Below, piece after piece: positions 20,176 to 29,780 of a DNA stretch of 64,000 nucleotides. The stretch lies in sequence record CP132210.1, one strand, 5' to 3'. Origin of the DNA: a plasmid. The translations under genes were made by a program, and so were the position numbers. The notes under the pieces are model-generated. The model was not told the DNA's origin, made no database searches, and saw only the letters and a program-made list of their open reading frames with translations. Within the stretch, counting starts at the first letter, position 1. Each line of letters opens with the position of its first letter.

Positions 20176-20849
20176 TTTTTTCCCCGGCTTTACAGCAAAT
20201 TAAGGACGTCGGAACAGGCTCGTTTGTTGCGGCTGAGGTTTTGGCTCGTTGGTGCTGCGAAGGCCAGATGCTTACTCCATCGGAGTTGTCATCACCTCCT
20301 AATTGGGGCTTGGTAGATATTGAGATTGCCAGGTTCATTCAAGATAACCTTTGCCATTGCAGTGAGGAATATCAGGCTATTTTTGTTAATGTGTCAGAGC
20401 AGACTTTGAAATCTGACATCATCTTTCATACGTGGGCTCAGATAATTAGGGCAATCACGAAGAATTATCCATTAAGGCTTGTCATCGAGATCACTGAGGG
20501 GGTTCAAGACAAATCTCTAGCATTTAGATGGAGCTCTCTTACTGCGATGGGGGTTAATCTAGCTCTTGATGATTATGGAGACAAAAACTCTTCAATGGCT
20601 CGCTTGCTTAGCTACGACTGGAATTATTGCAAATTCGATGCGAGAAAACTGAGTTCATTTGAAGATTATTCAGCCATTCTTCATTGCCGACGTAAAGGCA
20701 TCCATCTTATTGCGGAACAGGTTGAGACACCACCATTGGAAGAGAATGCCAAATTACTTGGTTTGGTATGGCAACAAGGTTTCCTTCATGGGAAGCCGAC
20801 TGTTATAGAGAAAAGTTTGAATCGAGCAAAGGTCTTACCATTATGCTGA
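20172..20849 (+). CDS. Stand-alone EAL-domain protein (c-di-GMP phosphodiesterase-like)
   Basis: EVLAR (EAL signature), NVSEQ, EITE, DDYGDKNSS (DDFGTGYSS-like), KFD, EQVET, QGFLHGKP motifs in canonical order; about 43% GC vs about 55% flank. Confidence 0.65.
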   Translation: MIFSPALQQIKDVGTGSFVAAEVLARWCCEGQMLTPSELSSPPNWGLVDIEIARFIQDNLCHCSEEYQAIFVNVSEQTLKSDIIFHTWAQIIRAITKNYPLRLVIEITEGVQDKSLAFRWSSLTAMGVNLALDDYGDKNSSMARLLSYDWNYCKFDARKLSSFEDYSAILHCRRKGIHLIAEQVETPPLEENAKLLGLVWQQGFLHGKPTVIEKSLNRAKVLPLC

Positions 20850-21847
20850 AATTCATGAAATTAACTGTGTTTGCACTTGCACTGTTTAGTGGGGTAGTGA
20901 AAGCAGAGCCGGGTTGCCAGAATGCCGAGGTGATTGGTGGGAAGCTGATAACAGATATATGTTGGAGTTGCCTATTCCCTATAAAAATTGCAGGGGTGTC
21001 AATTAGTGGTGGAGGCGGTGTTGTGCCTAGTGATGCGGTTACATCACCCCTATGTGCCTGCAATGATAATCTGGGTGTTCCAAGGCCAGGGGTAACTACG
21101 TCTATGTGGGAGCCTGCAAGGCTTATTGAGTTCCAAAGAGTCCCAGGATGCTCCTCTGTGTTGAATGGCACTCGTTTCCCATTTGATCGAACAAATCAAG
21201 GTCATCATGGAATGGGGGATATGGATGGGGGTGATGGCTCTTTTATGCACTACCACTATTATGCGTTCCCCCTGCTTATTATGCTCGATATGTTCATAAA
21301 AGAGAGCTGTAATGCGGATGGGTACATGGATCTAGACATCATGTATCTTTCTGAGGTGGACCCGACTTGGAACAATGACGAGCTCGCTTTTTTTACTAAC
21401 CCAGAGGCTGCGGCAGTAGCAAATCCAATCGCCGCAACAGCCTGCACTGCCGATGCTATTTCTTCTACGGCAGGAAAACCACTCAAGCAGCTTTTTTGGT
21501 GCGCTGGTTCATGGGGGGCGCTATACCCCCTAAGTGGAAACCAAAATGGCGGTAAGGGGGTTATACGTGACAGCAGCCTTCTAACTACTCGTGTTTTGGC
21601 CGCGTTGCACCGGAGAGGGTTGGCGTGGAAGACTATGGGCTCAGATGCAATGTGTCGTGGAGTGATAAGCCCGACACTTCCAAAAACACAATACAAGTTC
21701 ACGTTGTTACATCCAGTTCCTGAGACAAACTCATCTCATGTGATAGGGGAGTCGGCCTTGACTTGGGGGCTATCGAGGACAATTCCATCAATAGGCCAAG
21801 ACCCTATCTATACCATTTGGAGGTGGAACGACTGCTGCAATAATTGA
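20843..21847 (+). CDS. traU: TraU-like conjugal protein
   Basis: Start ATG 20843 (MLKFMKL signal peptide) within ORF 20768..21847; Cys-containing periplasmic protein with W/G-rich TraU-like motifs. Confidence 0.7.
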   Translation: MLKFMKLTVFALALFSGVVKAEPGCQNAEVIGGKLITDICWSCLFPIKIAGVSISGGGGVVPSDAVTSPLCACNDNLGVPRPGVTTSMWEPARLIEFQRVPGCSSVLNGTRFPFDRTNQGHHGMGDMDGGDGSFMHYHYYAFPLLIMLDMFIKESCNADGYMDLDIMYLSEVDPTWNNDELAFFTNPEAAAVANPIAATACTADAISSTAGKPLKQLFWCAGSWGALYPLSGNQNGGKGVIRDSSLLTTRVLAALHRRGLAWKTMGSDAMCRGVISPTLPKTQYKFTLLHPVPETNSSHVIGESALTWGLSRTIPSIGQDPIYTIWRWNDCCNN

Positions 21848-21866
21848 TCGTTAACTCCGTCAATGA

Positions 21867-21892
21867 AAAGCCGTGCGTTGCACGGCTTTTGC
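21867..21892 (+). terminator. Rho-independent terminator
   Basis: GCCGTGC-GTT-GCACGGC stem then TTTT. Confidence 0.65.
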
Positions 21893-21985
21893 ATTTCAAG
21901 ATGTATGTTTTACGCAGAGTGCCCAAAATGGGCCACTAGGCATACTAACGTGGATTTCTCTCTGGGGTAGCATCTGAGTGTCAGA

Positions 21986-24736
21986 ATGGAGATGAATATG
22001 CGAAGTCACACCCTAGTCATGAGAACCGTCGCCTCATTGCTTTCCATAACCATTTCCGCGTTGCCGGTACATGGTTATGCCAGTAGTTCGAGTGCGGCGG
22101 ATATAGCCACTGTAGGCAAAGATGCTCAATCATTTGGACAGAGCTTATCTAACTCATTCAAGTCAAACTCTGGAACTGTTCAGGATGGCACTATTTCAAT
22201 GCCTACGTTGAAAGATGGTCAGTTCCAAATGAATGGTGGTGAACAAGTTAATGTTAATGATCTGTTCCCAGGGACAAGTAGTAAAAATAACAAACCAGAC
22301 AGCTATTATTTCCCCGACGCCAATAAGCCAAGCGTTGATAACCTACAGGGCATGTATGATTCTGGTAGCGACATGGATAATGTTGGCAACTCTTCTCAGG
22401 GGACACTCTGGTCCGATGCTAATAGCTCTAATCCATCAATTTCGGGTGCTGCATATAAAGTCCTGCTTGATGCAACAAATCGTTCTCGCCCGGACTTTTC
22501 TAATGATCCAGTTTTGAATCTAAGTAAAAAAACCTATGAAAATATGGATCTTATTGCTGGTGGTTTTGGTGATTGTTCTGCTGAAACAACTATTAATGAA
22601 GGAACCATAAATGCTCACGTCCCTGAGTATGAGCGTTGTCAGCGAGTAGTAAAACCTGCTGGTGATTGCGATATTATCCATTCCTTGGGAATAACAAGTG
22701 ATGTTCAATATGTATATGTCGGTTCTGTAGGTCGAACTTGGGTCACTGTTAAATTTGACCTTAAAAATGGTACGTGGGAACCAATTGCACCCTCTGATGG
22801 TGCTCAAAAAGTCGCGCAAATACCAAAAGTAGATTTCAATGCCATGTGCAGTGGTGCCGTTAATTTTAAGACCGATCTTGTTGGTTCTTGGGATTGGGCT
22901 GAGCATGGCCTACCCGGAAAGATCGACTCGACTGTTATCTATAGAGTTAACCAATATCCAACTTGTGAGAATGGTTTGGTTGGGGTTGTACAGATCCAGG
23001 ACACTACGGAATCAGATGACCTAGAGTGGATTCTTGGTGGGAAGTTTGCTTTTCGATTCACCAAGCAAGTTGAGGACCAATGGACTCCGCAGACTTGTAT
23101 TGATGATGCAAAGAAATTGAATGATGGGTTTTGTAAGGGAACGATAAGTGTTACTGAGGGGGCCAGAAATGAAAACGACTGTATTACAGTTAATGGCTCC
23201 AGCATTTGCCCTGGTGATCCATTCTTCAATTCACTGAAACCATCGCCGTTGCCAGGTATTCCAAGGCTCGCACAGAAAGTCAGGGTATCAAAACTCCAGT
23301 GCGACTTTAATGTGGGGCAAATGGAATGCTGGACTGACCCTCAAGGGGTAAAACATTGCCCTAACAATGATGGTGGAAATGTAAACAGTTGCGCGGCACT
23401 AGAAGGCAATCCTAAATGTGGCTTCATCAGCTCTGAGTGTATTGGTGGTGCCCAAGGCCCATCGGGCCAATGTTATGTATTTAAGGATACTTACGATTGT
23501 GGTGTGGATGTCAAAGTCCCAACTCTCGATAAGAACACTGAGTACAAGTGTGGTGGTCCGATCCGTTGCATGGGGGATGATTGCTTAGCAATAAATAAAT
23601 CTCAGAGTACCGATTTCGCCAGAGCAACAGCCTTACTTAATGCTGCTCAGTTTTTGACACAAGATATGAAGTGTACCGATAGCGCAACCGAAGAGGGGGG
23701 GGATGGAAATATTGATCAAGGATGTACGGTTTTTGGCGGCGAATCCGGTGAATGTAAAATAGCTGTAGGTGGTGTATCGGATTGCTGTGAAAAGCCTTCA
23801 AATATATCTCTAGCTGATTACCTAAACTTGATCATGGCTGTTCCCAAGCTAGATGGTGCGGTAATGGGGTTACAAGATGGTAATGCCATGAAGGGCGCTT
23901 ATCAGGTTCTTCGAGATCCTGTAATGGAAGGTTGGACTGAGGTAACAAAGCCATTTACGAGCTATATTGAAAATATATCCGGTTCTGTGGACTCATTTAT
24001 GGAACCAGTGAACCAGGTGATGGATCAACTTATTGAGCAGCTAAAAGAGCAGGTTAAAGAAGTCATGATGGACGTCTTTAAATCTGCTGGGCAAGATGCC
24101 GCGACAGAGCAAGCTGCTGCTGCCGCATCGGAACAAGCCGCAGAACAGATGATGCAGACCGCAACGACATGGCTCAGTACAGCGATGACAATCTATACGG
24201 TCTATGTTGTCACAATGGTAATGATCCAAATGATTTATAAATGTGAGGAGTCTGAGTTCACAATGAACGCCAAAAGGGCGTTGAAGAATTGCACTTATGT
24301 TGGTTCTTATTGCAAATCCAAAGTATTGGGCGCTTGCATAGAGGAGCGTGAGGCTTATTGCTGCTTTAACTCTCCTCTTTCCAGAATAATTCAAGAGCAA
24401 ATTCGGCCACAACTCGGCCAATCTTTTGGTGATCCCAAAAGTCCCCAGTGTGGTGGTATTTCTCTGGAGAAAATTGCAGACATAGATTGGAACAAAGTTA
24501 ATTTGGATGAGTGGTTGGGGATTTTGCAGCAAAATGGCAAGTTCCCTACGCCTGGATCAATAAATATTGACTCGCTAACTGGCGCTGGTAGTGACTTCAA
24601 TATTAATGGGGATCGAAAGAATGCCCAAGAGAGAGCGTTACAGAGGCTTGATGGAATAGACATCGACGCCAAGAGGAAAGAGGCAACAAATCGCGTTAAT
24701 CCTCAAACAGGCGCGCCAAATAATAATGGTGGATAA
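21986..24736 (+). CDS. Cysteine-rich mating-pair-stabilisation protein, TraN-like
   Basis: 916 aa; signal peptide; many paired Cys incl. C-terminal CC motifs; C-terminal TM; low GC like the EAL gene. Confidence 0.5.
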   Translation: MEMNMRSHTLVMRTVASLLSITISALPVHGYASSSSAADIATVGKDAQSFGQSLSNSFKSNSGTVQDGTISMPTLKDGQFQMNGGEQVNVNDLFPGTSSKNNKPDSYYFPDANKPSVDNLQGMYDSGSDMDNVGNSSQGTLWSDANSSNPSISGAAYKVLLDATNRSRPDFSNDPVLNLSKKTYENMDLIAGGFGDCSAETTINEGTINAHVPEYERCQRVVKPAGDCDIIHSLGITSDVQYVYVGSVGRTWVTVKFDLKNGTWEPIAPSDGAQKVAQIPKVDFNAMCSGAVNFKTDLVGSWDWAEHGLPGKIDSTVIYRVNQYPTCENGLVGVVQIQDTTESDDLEWILGGKFAFRFTKQVEDQWTPQTCIDDAKKLNDGFCKGTISVTEGARNENDCITVNGSSICPGDPFFNSLKPSPLPGIPRLAQKVRVSKLQCDFNVGQMECWTDPQGVKHCPNNDGGNVNSCAALEGNPKCGFISSECIGGAQGPSGQCYVFKDTYDCGVDVKVPTLDKNTEYKCGGPIRCMGDDCLAINKSQSTDFARATALLNAAQFLTQDMKCTDSATEEGGDGNIDQGCTVFGGESGECKIAVGGVSDCCEKPSNISLADYLNLIMAVPKLDGAVMGLQDGNAMKGAYQVLRDPVMEGWTEVTKPFTSYIENISGSVDSFMEPVNQVMDQLIEQLKEQVKEVMMDVFKSAGQDAATEQAAAAASEQAAEQMMQTATTWLSTAMTIYTVYVVTMVMIQMIYKCEESEFTMNAKRALKNCTYVGSYCKSKVLGACIEEREAYCCFNSPLSRIIQEQIRPQLGQSFGDPKSPQCGGISLEKIADIDWNKVNLDEWLGILQQNGKFPTPGSINIDSLTGAGSDFNINGDRKNAQERALQRLDGIDIDAKRKEATNRVNPQTGAPNNNGG

Positions 24737-24739
24737 ACG

Positions 24740-24767
24740 AAGGGGCCCTAAAGGCCCCTTTTCTTTG
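24740..24767. terminator. Bidirectional rho-independent terminator
   Basis: AGGGGCC-CTAA-AGGCCCCT stem with T-run on + and A-run on the other side; sits between convergent genes. Confidence 0.8.
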
Positions 24768-24774
24768 TCGCTGT

Positions 24775-25635
24775 TCATGCTTCTGGGTAAACAAATAACT
24801 CAGCCTTTCCCTGACCAAGAAGGTAAGGGAACCCAACTTTGTCGCCACTCTCCAGTTCCACTGATTTTGGAGCAAGGTAAAGATAGGACCAAGCTGGTAG
24901 CTGTTTGCTAATAGCGGCGTAGATCGCTTGCTGAGGAGCATGGCTTGCTGTTCCATTGCCGACTTTCACAAAGTTGTAGTCAGTCTCATGTCCTGATGTG
25001 AAGGCATACGCTGTGCCTTGGACACCAGAGACAAAATCAGGCGCGGTCCCAATGCGAGGCTCCACGATATTTACTTTGACTGAACACATGTCAGCCACCT
25101 TACTTTGTCCGTTCACCCACGTAGGGCAACCCCATTCGTTCTTGTAGAACTGATAGGTGAGACGACCGTCTTTGTCATACAGAAGTGTGAAATTCGCACC
25201 CAAGTCAGTCAGAGCTGACTCGATGGAAACTTTCACATGTGAAAGAAGTTTGCCCTGAGCATCTGCCGGTGACGCAGCTTCTTTAGCAGGCATCCAGGCG
25301 ATCAAGCTATTGCGAGCTCCGTGCTGTTTAGGACCGATGGCCCAGTTGGCAAGGTTGACTAAGCCACCTTGCCAGTCGGTCATACCAACCTGAGGGGACA
25401 TATAGCCAGACAGCACGTAGGCAGCACCAAACGTTTTGGTGTCGGTCAAGCGTTCCAGCTTGTCACGCGGAACCGAAGCGTCTTGAATGCCTGTTACCAG
25501 GCCACCGGCCTCTGCGATGTTGTAAGCGCGACTGTGATTGGTTTTGTACGCTGCGGGTTCGTAACTACTGGTGGATGCACAGCCAGACAGAGCTGCTACA
25601 ACTAGAGCCACAGTGGTGATTGAAGCATGTTTCAT
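24775..25635 (-). CDS. Lipoprotein, unknown function
   Basis: 286 aa; LSGC lipobox after hydrophobic N-terminus. Confidence 0.6.
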   Translation of the reverse strand: MKHASITTVALVVAALSGCASTSSYEPAAYKTNHSRAYNIAEAGGLVTGIQDASVPRDKLERLTDTKTFGAAYVLSGYMSPQVGMTDWQGGLVNLANWAIGPKQHGARNSLIAWMPAKEAASPADAQGKLLSHVKVSIESALTDLGANFTLLYDKDGRLTYQFYKNEWGCPTWVNGQSKVADMCSVKVNIVEPRIGTAPDFVSGVQGTAYAFTSGHETDYNFVKVGNGTASHAPQQAIYAAISKQLPAWSYLYLAPKSVELESGDKVGFPYLLGQGKAELFVYPEA

Positions 25636-25705
25636 GTTGTTCTCCGTTCTTACCTGATTTGCTTCGATAATATCACGGCATCATAAAATGCAACCATAAA
25701 AGGCG

Positions 25706-25731
25706 TAAAAAAGCCCCTCCGGAGAGGGGCA
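25706..25731 (-). terminator. Rho-independent terminator (minus strand)
   Basis: On minus strand GCCCCTCTCCGGAGGGGC then TTTTTT, downstream of 25747..26397 gene. Confidence 0.75.
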
Positions 25732-25746
25732 AAGGTTTGGGCAGGG

Positions 25747-26397
25747 TTATGCGGCTTTCTCGTCATCAGTTTTTGCAGCTTCGGCTGCGAGTTCGTTGTC
25801 GCCGGTTACAGATTCCGGGGCGGCCTGGGCTACTTCCCCTTCTTTGCCCTTGGTGTGGGCGGAAATGCGGGCTCGTTTCTCGATGCCGATGATGCGACCG
25901 GCCAGTTTAATAAGACGTTGCTGCCATTGATACGTGGCGTCGGTGCGCTGTTTGCTGGTCAGTACAGTGTTCAACCAGAGGGTATCAACGATCCCCATCA
26001 GGGTATCCAGCTTGCGGATCAGGTGTGCAAACTGGGCAACTTGGGGAGAGTTGATCTCGATGGTGTATTCGGTCGGGTTGGTGTAGCCGGGCATCATGTC
26101 GATGCCGTTGTCTTCCATCAGCTTGTTGAGCTGGGCGGTAGCTTTGTCCAAGTCTTCGGAAACCTTGGCGATGTGCTCCAGGATGACGGTTTCAACCTGG
26201 TCAATTTCGTCCTGCTCACCGATGATCCGAAGAATAACGTCGATGGAAAACAGGGAGTTGGATACTCGCTCAAAGCTGCGTTCCATGACGCGCTGGGCCT
26301 GGAGGCTGTTTACTTTCAGAGCTTGTTTGAAAACAGGGCGAGAGTAGTGGTTGTTGCGGTCGCTGCTTGTGCCTACTGCTGCTTGTGCTTCTGCCAT
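25747..26397 (-). CDS. Conserved ICE protein, unknown function
   Basis: 216-aa ORF divergent from the + strand array; acidic C-terminal tail. Confidence 0.5.
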   Translation of the reverse strand: MAEAQAAVGTSSDRNNHYSRPVFKQALKVNSLQAQRVMERSFERVSNSLFSIDVILRIIGEQDEIDQVETVILEHIAKVSEDLDKATAQLNKLMEDNGIDMMPGYTNPTEYTIEINSPQVAQFAHLIRKLDTLMGIVDTLWLNTVLTSKQRTDATYQWQQRLIKLAGRIIGIEKRARISAHTKGKEGEVAQAAPESVTGDNELAAEAAKTDDEKAA

Positions 26398-26550
26398 TAG
26401 AGATACTCCTAAGTTGAGGTACAGATAAACGCACAGAAAGGATAAATGCGGTCAATCTGTAACCTGACATCCCGAAGTGCCCAAAATGGACAGTTACAGC
26501 GTTTTATGTTTAGTCAAGGTGAGCTATATTTAAGCCATCTTAGTCGCTCT

Positions 26551-26600
26551 GCGGCTATAAGTGAGATAGCTGGTCTCCGAAAACAAACAGCATCTAGTCT
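26551..26600 (+). promoter_or_regulatory. Conserved operon-head regulatory repeat, copy A
   Basis: Core GATAGCTGGTCTCCGAAAACAAACAGCA; one of 8 related copies (see findings). Confidence 0.5.
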
Positions 26601-26620
26601 TATGCCGTATGGCATTTCTT

Positions 26621-26688
26621 AACCCCAAACCGGGGGCTTCTCCCGGTTTTTCGGGTGTTGCCCCTGCTTTAACTATAGGAGCAACACC
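26621..26688 (+). promoter_or_regulatory. Bipartite 5'-UTR hairpin module (GC stem-loop plus SD-sequestering hairpin)
   Basis: AACCGGGGG-cttct-CCCGGTT stem, then GTGTTGCCCCT pairing with AGGAGCAACAC immediately before ATG 26689. Confidence 0.55.
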
Positions 26689-27009
26689 ATGCACATCATC
26701 ACTTTCATTGTAGTTCTGCTTGCATCTCTGGGCGCATTGTACGTGGGCGCGAAGGCATTTGCTTATTCCTTCATCGTTCTCGCTAAAGTGTTCCAGCGTA
26801 TCGGTTTGTTCCTTTGGAACAAATTTGCAGTTCCTGCAATGCGGTCTGTGCAGGCCGTCATCAAAGAACGCGCTGCTAAGGCTAAACAAGCCAAAGCAGT
26901 CGTTGGGCCTGAGGTAACTCAAGCTCAAGAAGTCGCTAAACAAGAACCTGATTGGGATTATCTCGAAATTCCGACTTACCTGCGTAAAGGAAAGGACCTT
27001 GTTTGGTAA
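26689..27009 (+). CDS. Small membrane protein
   Basis: 106 aa, N-terminal TM, Lys/Ala-rich middle. Confidence 0.5.
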   Translation: MHIITFIVVLLASLGALYVGAKAFAYSFIVLAKVFQRIGLFLWNKFAVPAMRSVQAVIKERAAKAKQAKAVVGPEVTQAQEVAKQEPDWDYLEIPTYLRKGKDLVW

Positions 27010-27040
27010 TAACTGTCGCTGAGCAATCTTCGACACTTTC

Positions 27041-27103
27041 AAACCCATCGGGGCAATCATTCCCCGATGGGGATGTTGCCCCTTTTTAATTGGGAGCAAC
27101 ATC
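27041..27103 (+). promoter_or_regulatory. Bipartite 5'-UTR hairpin module
   Basis: CCCATCGGGG-caatcatt-CCCCGATGGG perfect stem then TTGCCCC...GGGAGCAACATC-ATG. Confidence 0.5.
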
Positions 27104-27205
27104 ATGGAGATCATGGAGCTCGCTATCATCGTTTTGTGCATCCCTACAGGTTGGGCAATCTCTCGTCCTTTCGTGAGAATTGCTGAATCGTTCGGCTGCT
27201 GCTGA
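27104..27205 (+). CDS. Possible 33-aa hydrophobic peptide
   Basis: ATG directly after a UTR hairpin module; MEIMELAIIVLCIPTGWAISRPFVRIAESFGCC; below ORF-track size cutoff. Confidence 0.3.
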   Translation: MEIMELAIIVLCIPTGWAISRPFVRIAESFGCC

Positions 27206-27319
27206 TAGTCAACGCAAAGGGAGGGGGTCCCCTCTCTTTCTGGTCAAGCCTCTGTGGCTTGTCCTCCAAGCCTTCTGGTGTCAGTTGGCTTTGACGACAA
27301 GCTACAGGGGGAATGTCGA

Positions 27320-27505
27320 ATGCAACAGAATATTCATGTTTACGACGATCACGCTGGCATCATCTATCTATCTGATGGACGCGAGGTGAAATTTGATCCG
27401 AAACTGTACTCCAGCTCCTACCAGGCGCACAGCGAAGCAGTGAAGTGGGCCAAAGAAACCGGGGTCATTGGTCAAGACGACGATGTGGCGATGTTCGTCC
27501 ATTGA
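27320..27505 (+). CDS. Hypothetical 61-aa protein
   Basis: Internal ATG of ORF 27254..27505 with AGGGGG RBS 9 nt upstream. Confidence 0.4.
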   Translation: MQQNIHVYDDHAGIIYLSDGREVKFDPKLYSSSYQAHSEAVKWAKETGVIGQDDDVAMFVH

Positions 27506-27548
27506 GGGAGTAGCCTCCAGAGAGGGGCTACTCTCCTCGTTTCCTAAA

Positions 27549-27704
27549 AGTCTACTTACTCATGGTGAAGCCATCAGTAAGCAGATTTTGTCCTCTCTGA
27601 GGGCGAAAACGTGCGATAGCTGGTCGCCAAAAACAAACAGCAAATTAACGTTAATTTTACTAGCCCAACCGGGCGCATCCGCCCGGTTCGGGACGTGGTG
27701 CGCC
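27549..27704 (+). promoter_or_regulatory. Conserved operon-head regulatory repeat, copy B (long form)
   Basis: About 155-bp block nearly identical to 31905-32026 and 49897-50010; contains TTGTCCTCTCTGAGGGCGAAAACGTGCGATAGCTGGTCGCCAAAAACAAACAGCA. Confidence 0.55.
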
Positions 27705-27725
27705 TGTCAAAATAGGAGCGCACCT

Positions 27726-28694
27726 ATGTCTCAATACTCTCAATTTTCAGTAAGCAAGGTTTTCGGTATGCCAAGCATTCCGGAGAAGGTAACTGCCATC
27801 GGCTACGCTGACGGTTCAAACCCCTTCATCCCTGCCACTGATACAAACTACGTTTTCCGCAAAGAGTTTCTGCGAGAGGTCTTGGCCTATCTCAAAGAGC
27901 CTGGCGGTGACGCATTGTTCGTAACCGGACCTACCGGGTCCGGTAAAACCTCAGGTATCACCGAGATCGCTGGTCGTCTTAACTGGCCTGTTCAGCAAAT
28001 CACTGCCCACGGGCGGATGGAACTGACAGATCTGATTGGACATCATGCTCTGGTCGCGGAAAAACCGGGTCAACCGCCTGTCATGAAGTTCATGTATGGA
28101 CCTCTGGCAGTCGCTATGCGTGAAGGCCATCTTCTCCTCATCAACGAGGTTGATTTGGCTGACCCTGCCGAGCTGGCTGGTCTCAACGATGTTCTTGAAG
28201 GACGTCCTCTTGTGATCGCTCAGAATGGTGGGGAAATCATCAAGCCACACCCGATGTTTCGTGTGGTCGTTACTGGTAACTCTACGGGGTCCGGTGATGC
28301 TTCTGGTTTGTACCAGGGGGTGATGATGCAGAACCTCGCTGCTATGGATCGCTATCGTTTTACCAAAGTAGGGTATGCGGATGAGGAAGCTGAACTCAGC
28401 ATTCTTGGCCGTGTTACTCCGAAACTTCCGGAAAATGTGCGGAAGGGGATGGTTCGGATTGCTAATCAGGTCCGCAAACTGTTTCTTGGTGAAAACGGAG
28501 AAGATGGTCAGCTCAGCATCACCATGTCCACCCGGACGTTGGTACGTTGGGCAAAACTGTCTCTTGCGTTCCGTGGTGCCCCCAACGCCCTTGAATACGC
28601 TCTGGATCAAGCTCTGCTTATCCGGGCGGCCAAAGAGGAGCGTGAAGCCATCCTGCGTGTTGCGAAGGATGTGTTTGGGGATCAGTGGCGCTAA
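27726..28694 (+). CDS. MoxR/CobS-like AAA+ ATPase
   Basis: Start ATG 27726 in ORF 27468..28694; Walker A GPTGSGKT, Walker B LLLINEVD; about 322 aa; paired with downstream vWA protein. Confidence 0.75.
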   Translation: MSQYSQFSVSKVFGMPSIPEKVTAIGYADGSNPFIPATDTNYVFRKEFLREVLAYLKEPGGDALFVTGPTGSGKTSGITEIAGRLNWPVQQITAHGRMELTDLIGHHALVAEKPGQPPVMKFMYGPLAVAMREGHLLLINEVDLADPAELAGLNDVLEGRPLVIAQNGGEIIKPHPMFRVVVTGNSTGSGDASGLYQGVMMQNLAAMDRYRFTKVGYADEEAELSILGRVTPKLPENVRKGMVRIANQVRKLFLGENGEDGQLSITMSTRTLVRWAKLSLAFRGAPNALEYALDQALLIRAAKEEREAILRVAKDVFGDQWR

Positions 28695-28705
28695 GGGGGG
28701 GACGC

Positions 28706-29611
28706 ATGAAGAAAAATGACTGTTTGTGCCGTCGTTACACATTCACGGATGCGTCAACGTCGGAAACATTCGAGGTATTTATTGGCTACAAAGTTCTCCG
28801 AGAACCCAGCCCCTCGGGGCCAGGCCAATTCACGATGGTGAAGCTAAACCGAACCGTCACGGATGGAAAAGCTGAAAACTGGTCTGAGACAAAGCTCGAA
28901 GTACCATTTGAAGCAAACGGCCCGGACACGATCCCAATGTCCTACAAGGACAAAGAAAGCCAGTATGTGTCACAGTTTCTCAGCCAGGGGTACACCTTTC
29001 TGGATGAGGTGCTGGTAAACGCAGAGACACAGACTGTGCTAGAAGGGGGGGGTGTTTCAGCCGGACAAGCAGCCAGCTTGGGGTCTATCAACTGGCTGTT
29101 ATCTCCGCCTTCTGAGTTACCTCCAGGTGACATAAACCTCTTCAAAGGTTTTGTTACTGGGGTTTTTGCCAAAGGAGCCAGTTTAATCGGCTTTGAGGTT
29201 GCTCGGAACGAAAGCTCAAACGACTTGCTACCCAGTGTGCTGATGCGTACTGACAGCGGTTATGAGCTTGGGGTTAGCACTGGGCTAGGCGAGAACACTA
29301 TCCATCCAGCCACGCTGGAAGGCGCTGGTGAACTCCGCCCGGAACATGGTCACAAACCCCTGCTGATGCTGATTTACCTGCAACAACGTTTCGCGGATGA
29401 CTTTTCAAACGTAGAGAAGCCGCTGGTGGCATTCTGTGATGAACAGGGTGATACCTTCGACTACGAGCGTTTTGATTCACTAAAACCCCTCATTGAACGG
29501 TTTGGTTTCAGCTATGACGAAGTAAGAGCAGATGCAGAAAGGCTTGGCCTTGTATCTGAGCTGATTCGCCTAGCAGAGATCGACGCCGAACAAGAGGATC
29601 TCTTTTTTTAA
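28706..29611 (+). CDS. Hypothetical protein
   Basis: 301 aa; GGGGGGG RBS; follows AAA+ gene by 11 nt. Confidence 0.5.
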   Translation: MKKNDCLCRRYTFTDASTSETFEVFIGYKVLREPSPSGPGQFTMVKLNRTVTDGKAENWSETKLEVPFEANGPDTIPMSYKDKESQYVSQFLSQGYTFLDEVLVNAETQTVLEGGGVSAGQAASLGSINWLLSPPSELPPGDINLFKGFVTGVFAKGASLIGFEVARNESSNDLLPSVLMRTDSGYELGVSTGLGENTIHPATLEGAGELRPEHGHKPLLMLIYLQQRFADDFSNVEKPLVAFCDEQGDTFDYERFDSLKPLIERFGFSYDEVRADAERLGLVSELIRLAEIDAEQEDLFF

Positions 29612-29780
29612 CCCTTGCGGGGCTTACTCCCCAACATGGGCTTGGCCCTCTCCAAGTAATTTGGAAGTCAATTTGGTTGGCGGGTAACTCCGCCAACTCT
29701 TACTAAACCCCACGGGGGCACCAATGCCCCGATGGGGAATGGTGTCCTCTAAACGTTCATTCGTGAATTGGAGAAACACC

